43,714 nt of DNA from Octopus bimaculoides (Eukaryota), in assembly GCF_001194135.2 (NCBI RefSeq), contig NC_068981.1, positions 126,103,569 to 126,147,282 on the forward strand, given 5' to 3'. Under the pieces are notes generated by a model. The model saw nothing but the letters and a program-made list of their open reading frames with translations, did no database searches and had not been told where the DNA came from. Positions 1-12,627 of this stretch are shown here, in pieces; positions within the stretch are counted from its first letter, which is position 1; each line of letters begins with the position of its first letter. The translations under genes were made by a program, and so were the position numbers.

Positions 1-306
1 ACCGCCTGACTGGCCTTGTAGGGTTTTCGAGCGAGATCGTTGCCAGTGCCCCTGGACTGGCTCTTGTGCGGGTGGCACATAAAAGACACCATTTCGAGCG
101 TGGTCGTTTTCGTGCGGGTGGCACGTAAAAGCACACACTACACTCTCTGAGTGGTTGGCGTTAGGAAGGGCATCCAGCTGTAGAAACTCTGCCAAATTAG
201 ATTGGAGCCTGGTGTTGCCATCCAGTTTCACCAGTCCTCAGTCAAATCGTCCAACCCATGCTAGCATGGAAAGCGGACGTTAAACGATGATGATGATGAT
301 GATGAT
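1..306 (+). mobile_element. RTE-type LINE 3' end (family A) with (GAT)n tail
   Basis: gagtggttggcgttaggaagggcatccagctgtagaaac...catgctagcatggaaagcggacgttaaacgatgatg; the same family lies directly downstream of RTE coding remnants at 18255 and 23823. Confidence 0.85.
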
Positions 307-1269
307 ATATATATATAAAGCAAATGCTCTCATTGTAAGAAGTAGGTTTATAAATTACTCTCATTGTAGAGAATATTTTCAGCAATATACCAAGCCATAT
401 CACACATCTATAATAATAAATGTGAAATTCTGTCTGTCCGTCCATCTGGAACCCCTGTATCTCAGTCTACATTTGCTCTACATAGATATATGATACTTTT
501 GTGGAATCAGGATGATCCCAGGATTGAAAATCAGATCTTTTTTTGGTTCTTGAACATCTAGCATTGGGATCAGGTTTGGATGAGGATTTGGTATATGCTA
601 ACAGTTGAAAATTCAAGTTTTAAAAGAACTCCAAAAATTTGTGAACTTACGAGTTTTTCATTTAAACTGAATTTAAAGTAATACCATATTGGTAGGGTAC
701 CAATAAATGCTTTATTATTATTGCTCTCTTCAGTTTGGGGTTGCAGGCCCAATTAGCCCTCCATGGAGTGTGGCTTTTAAGCTAGTCTTTTATAATTCCA
801 GTCTCACACATGTGGAGCCAAATCACATTTTGTTTAATTTCATGTTTTACACAAACAAACACTAAATTAGTACAACCTTGACAAACTAGGAAAACAAAGT
901 CTTGAATACCGTACTGCTTATAACCCAATCTATTCTCTATATACATTTAATCAAACGTCATGAATGAGTTGCGTAATAAAATGTACATTGTATATGTAGC
1001 CGGAAACCACTCTAAGATATAAATTATATAACAAGGCATGACCCGCTTAAATGTATTTTTGAGCCTCTGTCATCATTTTTCTTGCTTGCTTGGATAAGAT
1101 AATTCAAAAGAGACATTTTACATGAATTACTTTGCCAAGTAGCTACATTTGATAACCTTTCTAATCAGTGGTAAAATGGCTCTAGTAATTTTTCTGGATA
1201 TATGTAAGTATTGTGTGTCTGTAAGAACAACAGTTGCGAAAATTCCAATGTTATGCATATATCTGACTA

Positions 1270-1275
1270 TTTATT
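1270..1275 (-). promoter_or_regulatory. Candidate poly(A) signal AATAAA for FPGS (another at 711-716)
   Basis: Hexamer on the minus strand downstream of the stop; common by chance in AT-rich DNA. Confidence 0.25.
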
Positions 1276-2133
1276 CTGTTGGAATAAATAGAGATGAGTA
1301 TCACATTATCAACACTGGAACCACATTCAGAAACAACAGTAACAGTGTAATATAAATGTTTTCTCTTCATCCATCATCATTACTACTAATAAAATAAAAT
1401 GACCATGAAGAAGCTCTCTTGACAAATACCAAAACTAGTTTACATTGATGTCACATTACATGGTATGTGAATATTGTTAGACCGCAATATGGCAGGCAAG
1501 CCACATAATACTCTTATCTGCTAGATAACAACTCCTTTATCTCTTACACCACCTCTGTCATTCCTTAAGGGAAGCGGTTGGAGTAAGAGGTGGTGTGAAG
1601 TTCATAGGGAGAGTGTGAGAGGTAATGAGATGAAAGGTTGGCCATGTTTCAGTTACATGCATAGATATACTTACATAAGCTCCATTATAATAAAGATAAG
1701 ACCTTTCATTTCGATCAACTCGATAAGTTAAACTAGACACTTCGAAGTATCTTGAGTTGTTTTTACACAAAAAAATAGTTTTTTAAATAAATCGATATGT
1801 AATACATTCATGTGTCAATTGCACATGTTCACATGTTCTGTAAAATTTATAGGTATACTGAAGAACTATTTTAGCACTTCACTACTTCATACATCATCAA
1901 ATATATTATATTATGTTCAATACACTATCATTCAATATACACATCTATCTATTTTAAACATTCTGTCATAAACATTGCATGGTGTCAAACTATGCAATCA
2001 AGTGTGCTTTATTATAATATTCAACATATTCTGTTTCAATATCAACACCTTTGCATTTGTCTTTCAGAAATGTACATAGAAAGTTCTGTGGCATACATAC
2101 CATTGAGTGTGAGAAAATTGGAGAAAACAGAAT

Positions 2134-2525
2134 TTATATTGAGATTAGTGCTTCAGAGTCTTTAAATATTGTAAGAACACCTCCTACTAAGTAAAGGCTA
2201 CCAGTTACTAAGATTTGGACATGATCAGCTTCTTCCAGTATTGATGGCATTGATGGTTGAATAGAGAGACGTTTATTTAAAGCTTTATCTTTGCCTTGAC
2301 TACACCAAAATATGCAGTCATGGATACTTTCAAAAACATGCGTTTCAGATTCTGCTACGACATCTGAATTTGGTTGTTGATTAGGTTCATTATATTTATT
2401 ATTATTATTAAGAAATTTGTCTTTGTCTCCACAGCTTCTGTTACACTGAAGATTTCTCCAGAAATTTTCATTTGTCTGGCAAACTTTGTTGGCATCATGT
2501 GTAGTAACAGCAAGCTTTAATTGAT
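2134..2525 (-). CDS. FPGS: FPGS last coding exon (392 nt including TAA)
   Basis: ttattcag|AT CAA...; (D)QLKLAVTTHDANKVC...VFESIHDCIFWCSQGKD...HVQILVTGSLYLVGGVLTIFKDSEALISI*. Confidence 0.96.
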
Positions 2526-3410
2526 CTGAATAAAAAGGACAAAAATAAAATATACACATAAACAAAACTTAATTTTTATGTAAATTTCATCATAATTTTC
2601 AGTTTTCTGTTTAGAAATATTACTTCTGTAAATGTTTATATTTTTAAGGCTCTTTAGTGGTTAAAATTAGATGGAAAGATTTAACTAGAGGTACACCAGG
2701 TCATTTCTGCAAATCCAAATACATTGAATGCATAAAATAATATGAAGTGAGGTACCAGTCTTGAACTACACGTTTCATAATAATTAAGTTAATGTTAACA
2801 TATCTAACACAGCATTAAAAAGCTAACTATTAATACTTTTGTGATCAGTGAGAACAAAAGAACATTATTAGTCAATGACTGACATTGTTTTCGTTTCCTT
2901 TGTGTCTGTTCTTTTATGTTCCAAATATAGATCTTGTAATAATGGTTTTCACTTTCATCCTTTCAAGTTTTATAAATGCCAGTAATACAATGAATTCAAT
3001 TTAATCTACTATATCACATTTATCTCTTTTAAAATCTAATTATCTGAAAACAAATCCTACATTTAAAAGAATGTTTACTGATTTAAAACTAGCAATAATT
3101 ACAATATGTTCAAAAGCTCTAGGTACTATGATAAACAAAACACAGACAAAATGTTCTTCCATACTAGACTGAATGCAAAACTACACTACAAATTCAAATA
3201 TAATGGAATACACAAGCAGTTATCTGATTTAACTCTAACATTGCATATCTGAGGTTGTGGGACCTAACAGATCTTCAGTTAGCTTACTTGATCTATCTGA
3301 TCTACAAATGTTGGTTAACACAACAGGTACTAAATAGAATTATTGGATATGACCAATTATGTGTTCCATTTATTTACTCAGAACATTTGACAATGAAATC
3401 ATAAACATAC

Positions 3411-3474
3411 CACATAAAACTTCCTCACTGTAGCATATATTGGGGGTAAAGACAGCCAGATCAAAGTTACACTC
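3411..3474 (-). CDS. FPGS: FPGS exon 12 (64 nt)
   Basis: ttttcag|GAG TGT...TGT G|gtatgt; ECNFDLAVFTPNICYSEEVLC. Confidence 0.94.
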
Positions 3475-4020
3475 CTGAAAAATAATTACATTTAAAAATA
3501 ATCTATTTCAATTTTGTTTCAGGTATTAGTGTTTTTAAAATATAGTTAAAAGCATACTTATATTGATGTCTGACAGAGTACATTTGGAAGGCAGAACATA
3601 ATTGATAATATCAATCAAGCACTTAACCACTGTATTATTTAATTAACACATGTAAAAATGAAAAGAAGGATCAAGCCCAGTTGGATTTGAACTCAGAAAC
3701 TCAAGAGAAGCAATTAAATATACTTTGTTTTTTCAACTCAAAAATTGATGTGAGGATAGGTGAACTCTCTAGAATATGTAACCAGATGCTACCAAATGGA
3801 TACAATACTCGGATATAATTGCTGAACTAACAATTAATTTTCTTAAAAGTAAAATTAATCAGTTTTCAAGATATATAATATCTTATAATAAAGTATCAGA
3901 GATGTACAGATTAGTTTACCCAGCCCAAATTAACTATCTTCACTGATTAAAATATTTTATCTTGGAAAGGCAGAAATAATGGAGAGCTGGACAAAATACC
4001 TTCCATTATTTAGAACTATT

Positions 4021-4230
4021 CAGGTGGTGAGCTGGCAGAATCATTAGCATGCTGGGCAAAATGCTTAGCAGCATTTTGTCTGTCTTTACATTCTGAGTTC
4101 AAATTCTGCTGGGGGTCAACTTCGCCTTTCATCTTTTCAGTGTCAAGAAATTAAGCACTGGGATTGATGTAATCAACTCACCCCTCCCCCAAACTTTCAG
4201 GCTTTGCACCTATAGTAGAAAAGATTATTT
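4021..4230 (+). mobile_element. tRNA-derived SINE (family C)
   Basis: A-box-like ggtgagctggcagaa, B-box-like gagttcaaattc, core gcctttcatccttt; many copies in the window. Confidence 0.8.
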
Positions 4231-4323
4231 AGACCCATTAATGTTCTATGAAAATGTATAAACACCACAACTCCTTGACTATGTAAGAAAATCTAAATAT
4301 TCCTATAGTGAAATAAAAATTAC

Positions 4324-4405
4324 CATTAGATGATCCAGTAAAGCAAGAGAGTTTCGTGCCCCTGTGATATTAAACATCAAAATTTTCACCACTTTTTGGT
4401 TATCA
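4324..4405 (-). CDS. FPGS: FPGS exon 11 (82 nt)
   Basis: atttcag|T GAT...CTA ATG|gtaatt; DNQKVVKILMFNITGARNSLALLDHLM. Confidence 0.93.
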
Positions 4406-5069
4406 CTGAAATAGAAAAAAATAAATAAATACAATTAAACTTTCAAAGACTCTTTTTATATATATTTCTTAATAAATGTACTGGGATCGATATAATCGAC
4501 TATAGTTCTCCCTTACAAGTTCAAAACTTTCATTTATGTTAAAAACTAATATTAATCACTACCAAAAGTCATTGGATTATCAAAAGTAACAGAGATTATT
4601 TAGTTTAATTTATGTTCTATCTTTGAATACTGGCATGAAACTGCTTTTGATAGCTCTGTTGTTGATGGAATAAATACCTGTTACATGCAGGAGGTGATTC
4701 GATCAATTGTGCCCTTCTCAAACAAATTTTAAACTTTGTTCCAAAATAAGAAGTCAATATTTCTTATTTCAAAGATGATCAGTGTAAAAAAAAAAAAATC
4801 TTTCTTAGGCCATAGGCTCATAAGGCCAGTTTCTTGGATTCTGTGGTGTATTTTATTTCCCTACCTGGATGGGATTCTAGTTCATCACAGGATTATTCAT
4901 TTTTGCCAGCTGAGTGGACAGAAGCAATGTGAAATGAAGTGTTTTACTCAAGAACACATTGCATCACCTAGTCCAGGAAACAAAACTACAATCTTATGAT
5001 CATGAGCATAATATCTTAACCACTAAGTCGTGTGCCTCCATAGTGATCAATGTAGACTAATAGAAATAA

Positions 5070-5207
5070 TAACGGTTTCAACTTCTGGCACAAGGCCAGC
5101 AACTTTTGGGAGGGAGTAAATCGATTACATTGGGGCCCCAGTGTTCAACTGGTACTTATTTTATTGACCCTGAAAGGATGAAAAACAAAGTCAACCTTGG
5201 TAGAATA
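5070..5207 (-). mobile_element. SINE family C, 3' part
   Basis: gaccctgaaaggatgaaaaacaaagtcaacc core in reverse orientation. Confidence 0.75.
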
Positions 5208-5284
5208 ATAATAGTAATAATAAGTTTCCAGCGAGTGGAGAGTGCAAACTAGTTGTTATTCTAGAATGAAAGTTTTATCTTATT

Positions 5285-5526
5285 CATCATCATCGTCGTT
5301 TAACATCTGCTTTCCATGCTGGCAAGCCAGTAGGCTGCACCAGGCTCCAACTGATCTGGCAAAGTTTCTACAGCTGGATGCCCTACCTAACGCCAACGAC
5401 TCCGAGAGTGTAGTGGGTGTTTTTACGTGCCACTGGCATGAGAGCCAGTCAGGCAGTACTGGCATCGACCACACTCAAATGGTGCTTTTTACGTGCCACC
5501 AGCACGGGAGCCAGTCAGGTGGCACT
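5285..5526 (-). mobile_element. Family A (RTE 3' end) copy
   Basis: (CAT)n tail then the family A body; shares an internal block with the copy at 41073. Confidence 0.8.
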
Positions 5527-6217
5527 ATACATATATATGCAAAGAGAGGAGTAATAAGGGCATATTTCAAGATGCTATGCCACACAGAAGAGATGACACA
5601 GGGCTATGTTGATAAGGTAAGTTATTGTATAGCAAACCCATCCATCCTGTGCCAATGTAAATGTTAAAACAGTGATCAAGAATAAGCCAAATAATTTATT
5701 TATGTTTCCTTCGTCAAGTATTTTCCATTATGGTTATTATCAGAATTAGCCACCTGTTAGAAATAGCTACCAAATACCCCTCAAACTACACACTGTCATC
5801 TTATCAAAAAACTCATAGTAAAGTGTAGTCTAAAGTATCATACCTGATTAAATAAATCTAACAAGCTGCAGTCCACATCTTTCTCTGCAACTTTGGCAAG
5901 TTTTACAGAAACACTGCTCTTAAAAAATATTACTTGATTAAGTTTTACTTTCTTACAGATAAACATTAAAGCCCAATATTTAGAGGAACAAGGAATGAGG
6001 TTTATGCTTTTCCCAACCCAAACATTAGCAGCATAAACGAAATATCATAACATTTAGAGTCCGTCAGAAACTCAGTTTTCTAGGAGATTACCAATGCTTT
6101 ACATCACTGACCACTGAAATAAGAACAAACTGGAAACAAGTGATAGCAGACAAATCTCATTTCAGATCTCATTCTACTGTTTTAAGAACAGGCATATTGG
6201 ACAATGTAACTCTAGAT

Positions 6218-6545
6218 TATCATCATCATCATTTAACATCTGGTAAGGCCAGTGGCTGCATTCTGACATGGTTTTGTAATGCCAACCACTCCACAGAGTA
6301 TACTGGATGTTTTTTATGTGGTACCACCACCAGTACTTTTGATGTGACATCATCATAAGTGCTTTTTATGTGGCACCAGCACTGGTATCAATTCTGGTGG
6401 ATGAGTCTTTTTGAGTATAGCAATGTGCCAGATATCTGAGTTCTGAGTCACCTCCTTTGTAAGACTCGGTGTCATGAGATTGGCCTTCAATACTTCATCC
6501 CTTGTCTTCCTGAGTCTCCCTCTTCCACAAGTTCCATCCACTTAA
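6218..6545 (-). mobile_element. Degenerate RTE 3' end with C-terminal coding remnant
   Basis: ORF-track peptide DGTCGRGRLRKTRDEVLKANL matches the RTE C-terminal GRGRPRKTW motif; (CAT)n tail. Confidence 0.75.
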
Positions 6546-6817
6546 AGTGATCAGCACTTCTGCATGTGACTGTCTACATCTATATGCATCACATGACCAA
6601 ACCAGTACAGTCTTGCACACTGCATCTAATTCCTCTTATGCCCAACTTTTTTCCTTCAATACACTAATGCTCTGTCGAACATGTACACTAACATTGCATA
6701 TCCAGCAGAGCATACTAGCTTCATTCCTCTCTAGCCTTCATATGTCTTCTGCATTCAGAGCCTCCATCTCAAAAGGTACAAATTAGAATATTAACATAAA
6801 GATATAATGGAACTTAC

Positions 6818-6870
6818 GATAAAAGTCTGATCTCTTCAGCTGACTTTTTTTTAAACCATTCACAGCACAA
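6818..6870 (-). CDS. FPGS: FPGS exon 10 (53 nt)
   Basis: tttacag|TTG TGC...TTA TC|gtaagt; LCCEWFKKKSAEEIRLL(S). Confidence 0.92.
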
Positions 6871-7069
6871 CTGTAAAAAATATGTAACAAAATTATACAA
6901 GGATATAGAAGAAGAATTTGTGATTAATGTTGTTTAGCCTTAGGTTGGCTTTGATGGAATAGCCATGACTATTCCATCTATTTTCAGTCAAAGTTGCTCT
7001 AAGACCCACTATCCAACATGTCTTCCCTATTTTATGATGATAAGTATGATTTAAAGGAGTTCTGGCTAC

Positions 7070-8230
7070 TATTTCTTGCAGGCCAAGCATAATAAGGTGC
7101 CAACTGCAGGAGAGGTATTTAGCTAGAAGTAAGCCACTATACCTATCATTCATTAACTTAGAGAAGGCCTTGACAGCATTCCACATTCTCTAACCTGGTG
7201 ATCTTTAAAAAAAGTAGGTGCAGGTAACTGATTTGTGAGAGACTATTCACACCATGCAAGGTGAGAATTGGCAATGAGTGCAATGAGGAAATTAGCATGC
7301 AAACAGATGTCCATCAGGGTTTGCTTCACAGTCTTCTCTTGTTTACTAAAGCTTTCCAAGCCATAACAGGAGTTTAAGACAAACTGTTGATGATGATGTT
7401 CATGGGAACTACTGATGCTGATGAACAAATTCTCATAGCTGAATCTGTCAAAGATTCCATCCAAACATTTCAAAGTAAATCAAATAAAAGTCAAATAAAG
7501 ACAAAAGTTTTAGTTAGCAGGAAGATAGAATCTACTGCCATCTGGGAAGTAGCCATGCTTGATAATCAGAAAAAAGAGTAGTAGGCTGGAACCCCGTATG
7601 ATGTATCTAATGTAACTATGGATGCACAAGAGGTGAAGTGGGATCAGACAGGCTGACAGAGAAAGAGTGTTTGTATATTACAGATGTACAAGAATTGTTA
7701 GCAGAAAGAACACCCATCAAGTATCCTCTTTCAAGTGCATAAAAGTAGTTGACAGCTTCTGTTAGCAAGGTAACCTAATTAGCAATGATTCTGAAACTGG
7801 TGTTCAGAAAGCTTAGTAGCCATACTAAGAATAAGATGGAAAAAGTTTAGGAAGTTATTGCTTCTGCTAGTAAATGAAGGATTCTTTCTCCAGTGAAGGG
7901 TAGATTGTATGACACTTCTGTGCAAAATGTGATGTGTAGCAGTAAAACATGACTTTTGGATGCAAAAATGTACAAAAGTGGAAAAGAACTGAGGTGATCA
8001 TATTCTACTAGATGTGTAATGTTAGTGTGTATGGACAGTGGAGCACAAATGAGTTGAGAAGAAAATTGTGTAAAACAGGAATAAAATGTAGTGAGGAAGA
8101 AATTACACTGATATGGAAAAGGGATGTATATGGAAGCTGACAACTGGATAAAAAAAGTACCAAGGGATCCAAGTGGAAAGAACCTGCAGAAATGGAAAAC
8201 AAGGGAAGATATAGTGAAAGCAAATTTCTC
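7070..8230 (+). pseudogene. Decayed RTE LINE reverse transcriptase
   Basis: Frameshifted remnants LQERYLARSKPLYLSFINLEKA, VHQG, WELLxADE (YADD region) and IRWKKFRKLL. Confidence 0.8.
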
Positions 8231-8351
8231 AAAGAAATTGGCAAGTAGTATCTATCCATAGAAAAACATAAAATTAAGATGATAATGATGTAGCTGGAAA
8301 GTTTTGTGTACGAAAAACAAAAATCATATATCATACAGATATACAGTATAT

Positions 8352-9603
8352 ACATGAAATGTATCGAGCGGGATTGTTTGCCAGTGCCCCTGGACTGGCT
8401 CATGTGCGGGCGACACATATCTTTTGAGCGAGTTCGTTGCCAGTGCCCCTGGACTGGCTCTTGTGCGGGTGACACATGAAATGTTTCGAGCGGGATCGTT
8501 TGCCAGTGCCCCCGGACTGGCTCATGTGCGGGCGACACNNNNNNNNNNNNNNNNNNNNNNNNNNNNNNNNNNNNNNNNNNNNNNNNNNNNNNNNNNNNNN
8601 NNNNNNNNNNNNNNNNNNNNNNNNNNNNNNNNNNNNNNNNNNNNNNNNNNNNNNNNNNNNNNNNNNNNNNNNNNNNNNNNNNNNNNNNNNNNNNNNNNNN
8701 NNNNNNNNNNNNNNNNNNNNNNNNNNNNNNNNNNNNNNNNNNNNNNNNNNNNNNNNNNNNNNNNNNNNNNNNNNNNNNNNNNNNNNNNNNNNNNNNNNNN
8801 NNNNNNNNNNNNNNNNNNNNNNNNNNNNNNNNNNNNNNNNNNNNNNNNNNNNNNNNNNNNNNNNNNNNNNNNNNNNNNNNNNNNNNNNNNNNNNNNNNNN
8901 NNNNNNNNNNNNNNNNNNNNNNNNNNNNNNNNNNNNNNNNNNNNNNNNNNNNNNNNNNNNNNNNNNNNNNNNNNNNNNNNNNNNNNNNNNNNNNNNNNNN
9001 NNNNNNNNNNNNNNNNNNNNNNNNNNNNNNNNNNNNNNNNNNNNNNNNNNNNNNNNNNNNNNNNNNNNNNNNNNNNNNNNNNNNNNNNNNNNNNNNNNNN
9101 NNNNNNNNNNNNNNNNNNNNNNNNNNNNNNNNNNNNNNNNNNNNNNNNNNNNNNNNNNNNNNNNNNNNNNNNNNNNNNNNNNNNNNNNNNNNNNNNNNNN
9201 NNNNNNNNNNNNNNNNNNNNNNNNNNNNNNNNNNNNNNNNNNNNNNNNNNNNNNNNNNNNNNNNNNNNNNNNNNNNNNNNNNNNNNNNNNNNNTCATGTG
9301 CGGGCGACACATGAAATCTTTCGAGCGGGATCGTTGCCAGTGCCCCTGGACTGGCTCTTGTGCGGGTGGCACATAAAAGACACCATTTCGAGCGTGGCCG
9401 TTTTCGTGTCGGTGACACGTAAAAGCACCCACTACACTCTCTGAGTGGTTGGCGTTAGGAAGGGCATCCAGCTGTAGAAACTCTGCCAAATTAGATTGGA
9501 GCCTGGTGTTGCCATCCGGTTTCACCAGTCCTCAGTCAAATCGTCCAACCCATGCTAGCATGGAAAGCGAACGTTAAACGATGATGATGATGATGATGAT
9601 GAT
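8352..9603 (+). mobile_element. Family A element with a tandemly amplified ~60-63-bp unit, spanning a gap
   Basis: Unit tttcgagcgggatcgttgccagtgcccctggactggctc(a/t)tgtgcgggcgacacatgaaat occurs 3 times before and again after the gap; (GAT)n tail at about 9579-9603. Confidence 0.85.
8539..9293. other. Assembly gap (755 N)
   Basis: N run. Confidence 1.
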
Positions 9604-9632
9604 TGATGTAGAATAAAGTGAATTCAACAAAC

Positions 9633-9730
9633 CTTTATACTGTCTTCATTATGTGCACCATCAAGATAATAAGTTATGTTGTGTCTTTTTACAACCTGTA
9701 CACGTCCCAACCATTGGTTTGATGTAAGAG
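9633..9730 (-). CDS. FPGS: FPGS exon 9 (98 nt)
   Basis: ttcacag|CT CTT...ATA AAG|gtttg; (A)LTSNQWLGRVQVVKRHNITYYLDGAHNEDSIK. Confidence 0.96.
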
Positions 9731-9922
9731 CTGTGAATATAATGCGATATAATTTTTACAAAAATATGAGTGCTACTTTTTACCAATAAAACATTTATAG
9801 TTCAAATTGATAATAAATGTTAGCAATTGTCTGTGGTGTAATTAGTAATACAGTCATATATAAGCAATTTATTAAAATAATCACAGATGATACTGAAATA
9901 ATAAAAATGAAGTTATAATTAC

Positions 9923-10024
9923 CTTCAATGACTTTATTAACGTCTTCAACAACAGGGTCAAGAACAGGAATGGTTTCCTTACTGTCTTCAAATTCTTGCA
10001 ATGCAACTTTGCAAGTTGTGTCTC
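9923..10024 (-). CDS. FPGS: FPGS exon 8 (102 nt)
   Basis: tttatag|GA GAC...GAA G|gtaat; (G)DTTCKVALQEFEDSKETIPVLDPVVEDVNKVIE; phase 1 at both ends fits its neighbours. Confidence 0.88.
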
Positions 10025-10946
10025 CTATAAATAGAAGTTTTATAGGTTTATCACAACGTATATAAAGTTATGCAATTTTCAGGATTTTATAGAGTTTTTA
10101 GAAGTATTTAAAAATCCAATTTTACCAACTTGTATTAAACATATTTATGTGTGTGAAACCACTGCCACTTCCTGTTTGTTTATTTGTATTGTTTGAAATG
10201 TTGTAATATTCTACTTTTTTTATTGCATTTTTATGGGTTAGGCAATGCCCATGACTGTTTTCAAGGCCTCTGAGAGTAATGGGAAAATGAAAGGAAGAAA
10301 ACATGTTCCAAATGTTATCATGTACATCGTAGATCACTAGACCCAAATGCTTGCAACAGAGTGGAGCCTGCTAAAGGAACCCAAGGGTCAAATGGTACTG
10401 TTAAATATATGAAAATTATTATTGTTGTTGTCATTATTTTTATTCTTTGTATTGCCCAAATTGGAAGATATAAACGAGACTTTGTTTTCTGAATGTTTTA
10501 AGGCTTTAAAAAAGAAATTATTGTTCTTATCATTCCAATTCATTTGTTATAGTTCAAAATTGTTTTAGAATTTCTTATTGACTGTGTTTATTCTTAGCTA
10601 ATTTTTGAAGTAGTTATTATCAGTTTCTTTGTATTCTTTCTGGACAAAGTTCAGGTTGTCAGTATGTCAATGTAAATTATAAAACAGTTACAGGTTCCAT
10701 TTGTCCATACCCCAATATCATGTCTGTGTAAAATTTGCTTTTGAATTTTTTTCTTTTTTTGCTTTTTATCATCTACATCCTGGTACTACTAAGAAACCTA
10801 AATTATCAATTACTTGAAACCTATATTTTTGATATTGATAGATTAGAGTTAGTTATGATATGGTTATTCCTTTTGGATCAACATTTTGCAGCCACTATTT
10901 CTCTATAAAAATCTCTTTTGTCTATAAATTTCAGTATTTGACTATC

Positions 10947-11172
10947 TTAGCTCTTTAACATTTAAACCAGCCTTATCTGACCGTATCATATTCTATCTGT
11001 TTTAGTTCAAACCAGCCAGATCTGGACTGTCACATCAATGCTACATTGTCATTCTAAAAATAAACAATAACGTCAATAAGATCTTGAAACTACATGATGC
11101 ATCATCAATTCAAAGCAATGTGAATAAATACACATTATGTTTGATAGAATAATCGAAATGCTAAAGGGTTAC
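10947..11172. mobile_element. Short non-autonomous DNA transposon with piggyBac-like ends
   Basis: Degenerate terminal inverted repeats ttagctctttaacat ... atgctaaagggttac, resembling TTAA-CCC...GGG-TTAA. Confidence 0.5.
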
Positions 11173-11458
11173 CTGTCTCTCAAACTACTCTTTATATTAT
11201 ATCTTTTTGTAAACCTCAAATTGATATCATTCTAATCATGCTCTAGGTTATTCCAATTTAATCTGGCAGAAAATAAAATGATATATAAGTTTTTCACTTT
11301 TTGCAAGATATAAATCAAGCTACACATTCTTCAGTACTTAATGTTTCACCTCTATAAAAAGCCATATCTCCTATGATTGAAATGAAGGCTGTCATAATCT
11401 TTATAGGAGACACATCTAGTACATCTTACCACACTTTATTTAACAAATGACAACTAAC

Positions 11459-11603
11459 CTCTGTTGTTTTGATCCATCCATATCCTGGATAATTGAATAG
11501 CCAATGCCATATTTTCATATTCAAATGGTTCTTTATTGTAAAATGCAGGATTTTCTTTGACTATCTCATAAGATGAAAATGGAGGCGATAAATACAAACT
11601 ACA
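11459..11603 (-). CDS. FPGS: FPGS exon 7 (145 nt)
   Basis: ttttcag|TGT AGT...AGA G|gttag; CSLYLSPPFSSYEIVKENPAFYNKEPFEYENMALAIQLSRIWMDQNNR. Confidence 0.93.
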
Positions 11604-12549
11604 CTGAAAAATAGTCATACAAATATATATAAACATACCAAACCATCAAATATTAGATACTTCAACAATGATACAATATAAACATTTAGGAGGGAAATAA
11701 GTCAATAGATTAAACATTAAAAGCTTTAGAGTTGCAAAATTTATCCAAATAACTAACACTGTGGCTTTTCTTTGTCCCAGCAACCTGTATAACAAAGCTT
11801 TCGTTGGTATGCTATCCAATTAACCCTTTAACCCAAACTTCACCAACAGACAGTTGTTTCATACAGAATTGATCTTAAACATGTTTTATTGTTTCAGTTG
11901 GAATCATAATGCAAAAAGTTTTCTATAATTCTTTCCATAATATTGTTTATAAATAACTTAACATGATAGATGTACAAAGTTCAGATACAGATGTATCTGA
12001 TATATGTTGTACCTCTATTCACAGAGCAATACTTCAATCTACCAATACAGTTACTTCAGTATAACCTAAATAACAACATCACTTCTCTTTTACTCACTCT
12101 CATATGAAGAACAAGGGTTCAAATTGCTAAATTCTTCATTCCTTATAGCAATTGAACTTAAACTCTTATTAACTAGTTTTAGAAAGCAAACAAAGGGAAT
12201 GGGGATTTCCACTTTCGCTTGACCAAACCAATAAAAAGAACTACCTAGTTTTGTACACTGAATTAAGATAATGGATTTTGCTTAAGAACCCAATAAATAG
12301 TTCTGGTCACATGTGAACTTATGAACTTGGCAGTGTGTTGGCCCATGCCTTCACACGTAACTCCGATGTATCTATGGATAGAATATTATGTGAATGCACA
12401 GTTAAGAATATAGATTTTGTAAATATGGGAAGAAGGATTGCATCATAAAAGAATCGATATTTACATGTTTGCACAGCACATTAATATAAAACGTTAATAA
12501 AATAATTATCCTATTTTAGTTTCAACTCCAACATTAATAAAATTTTTAC

Positions 12550-12627
12550 ATTTTTATCCGTGGCCGTCTGCTTCAAAACTTTCATTGCAGCTTCTTTCTG
12601 AGGAGCAGTAACAGCAATGGAACCTGT
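12550..12627 (-). CDS. FPGS: FPGS exon 6 (78 nt)
   Basis: tatttag|ACA GGT...AAA AAT|gtaaaa; TGSIAVTAPQKEAAMKVLKQTATDKN. Confidence 0.92.

Noticed and set aside
1558-1770. 70-aa minus-strand ORF downstream of the FPGS stop
   Set aside because: TTG start, no convincing splice signals and no recognisable motif; probably 3' UTR or intergenic.
8352-8538. CRISPR-like appearance of the ~62-bp repeats
   Set aside because: Units are contiguous with no unique spacers, derive from a LINE 3' UTR, and the context is eukaryotic.
8008-9525. Long ORFs spanning N runs (also 23928-25034, 28195-28725, 34255-35437)
   Set aside because: Artefacts of translating through assembly gaps; only the RTE part at 24632-25000 is real coding-derived sequence.
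9700-9712. WLGR in place of the familiar WPGR motif
   Set aside because: As I recall, this position varies among FPGS enzymes (e.g. yeast Met7 WEGR), so it is not evidence of altered function.
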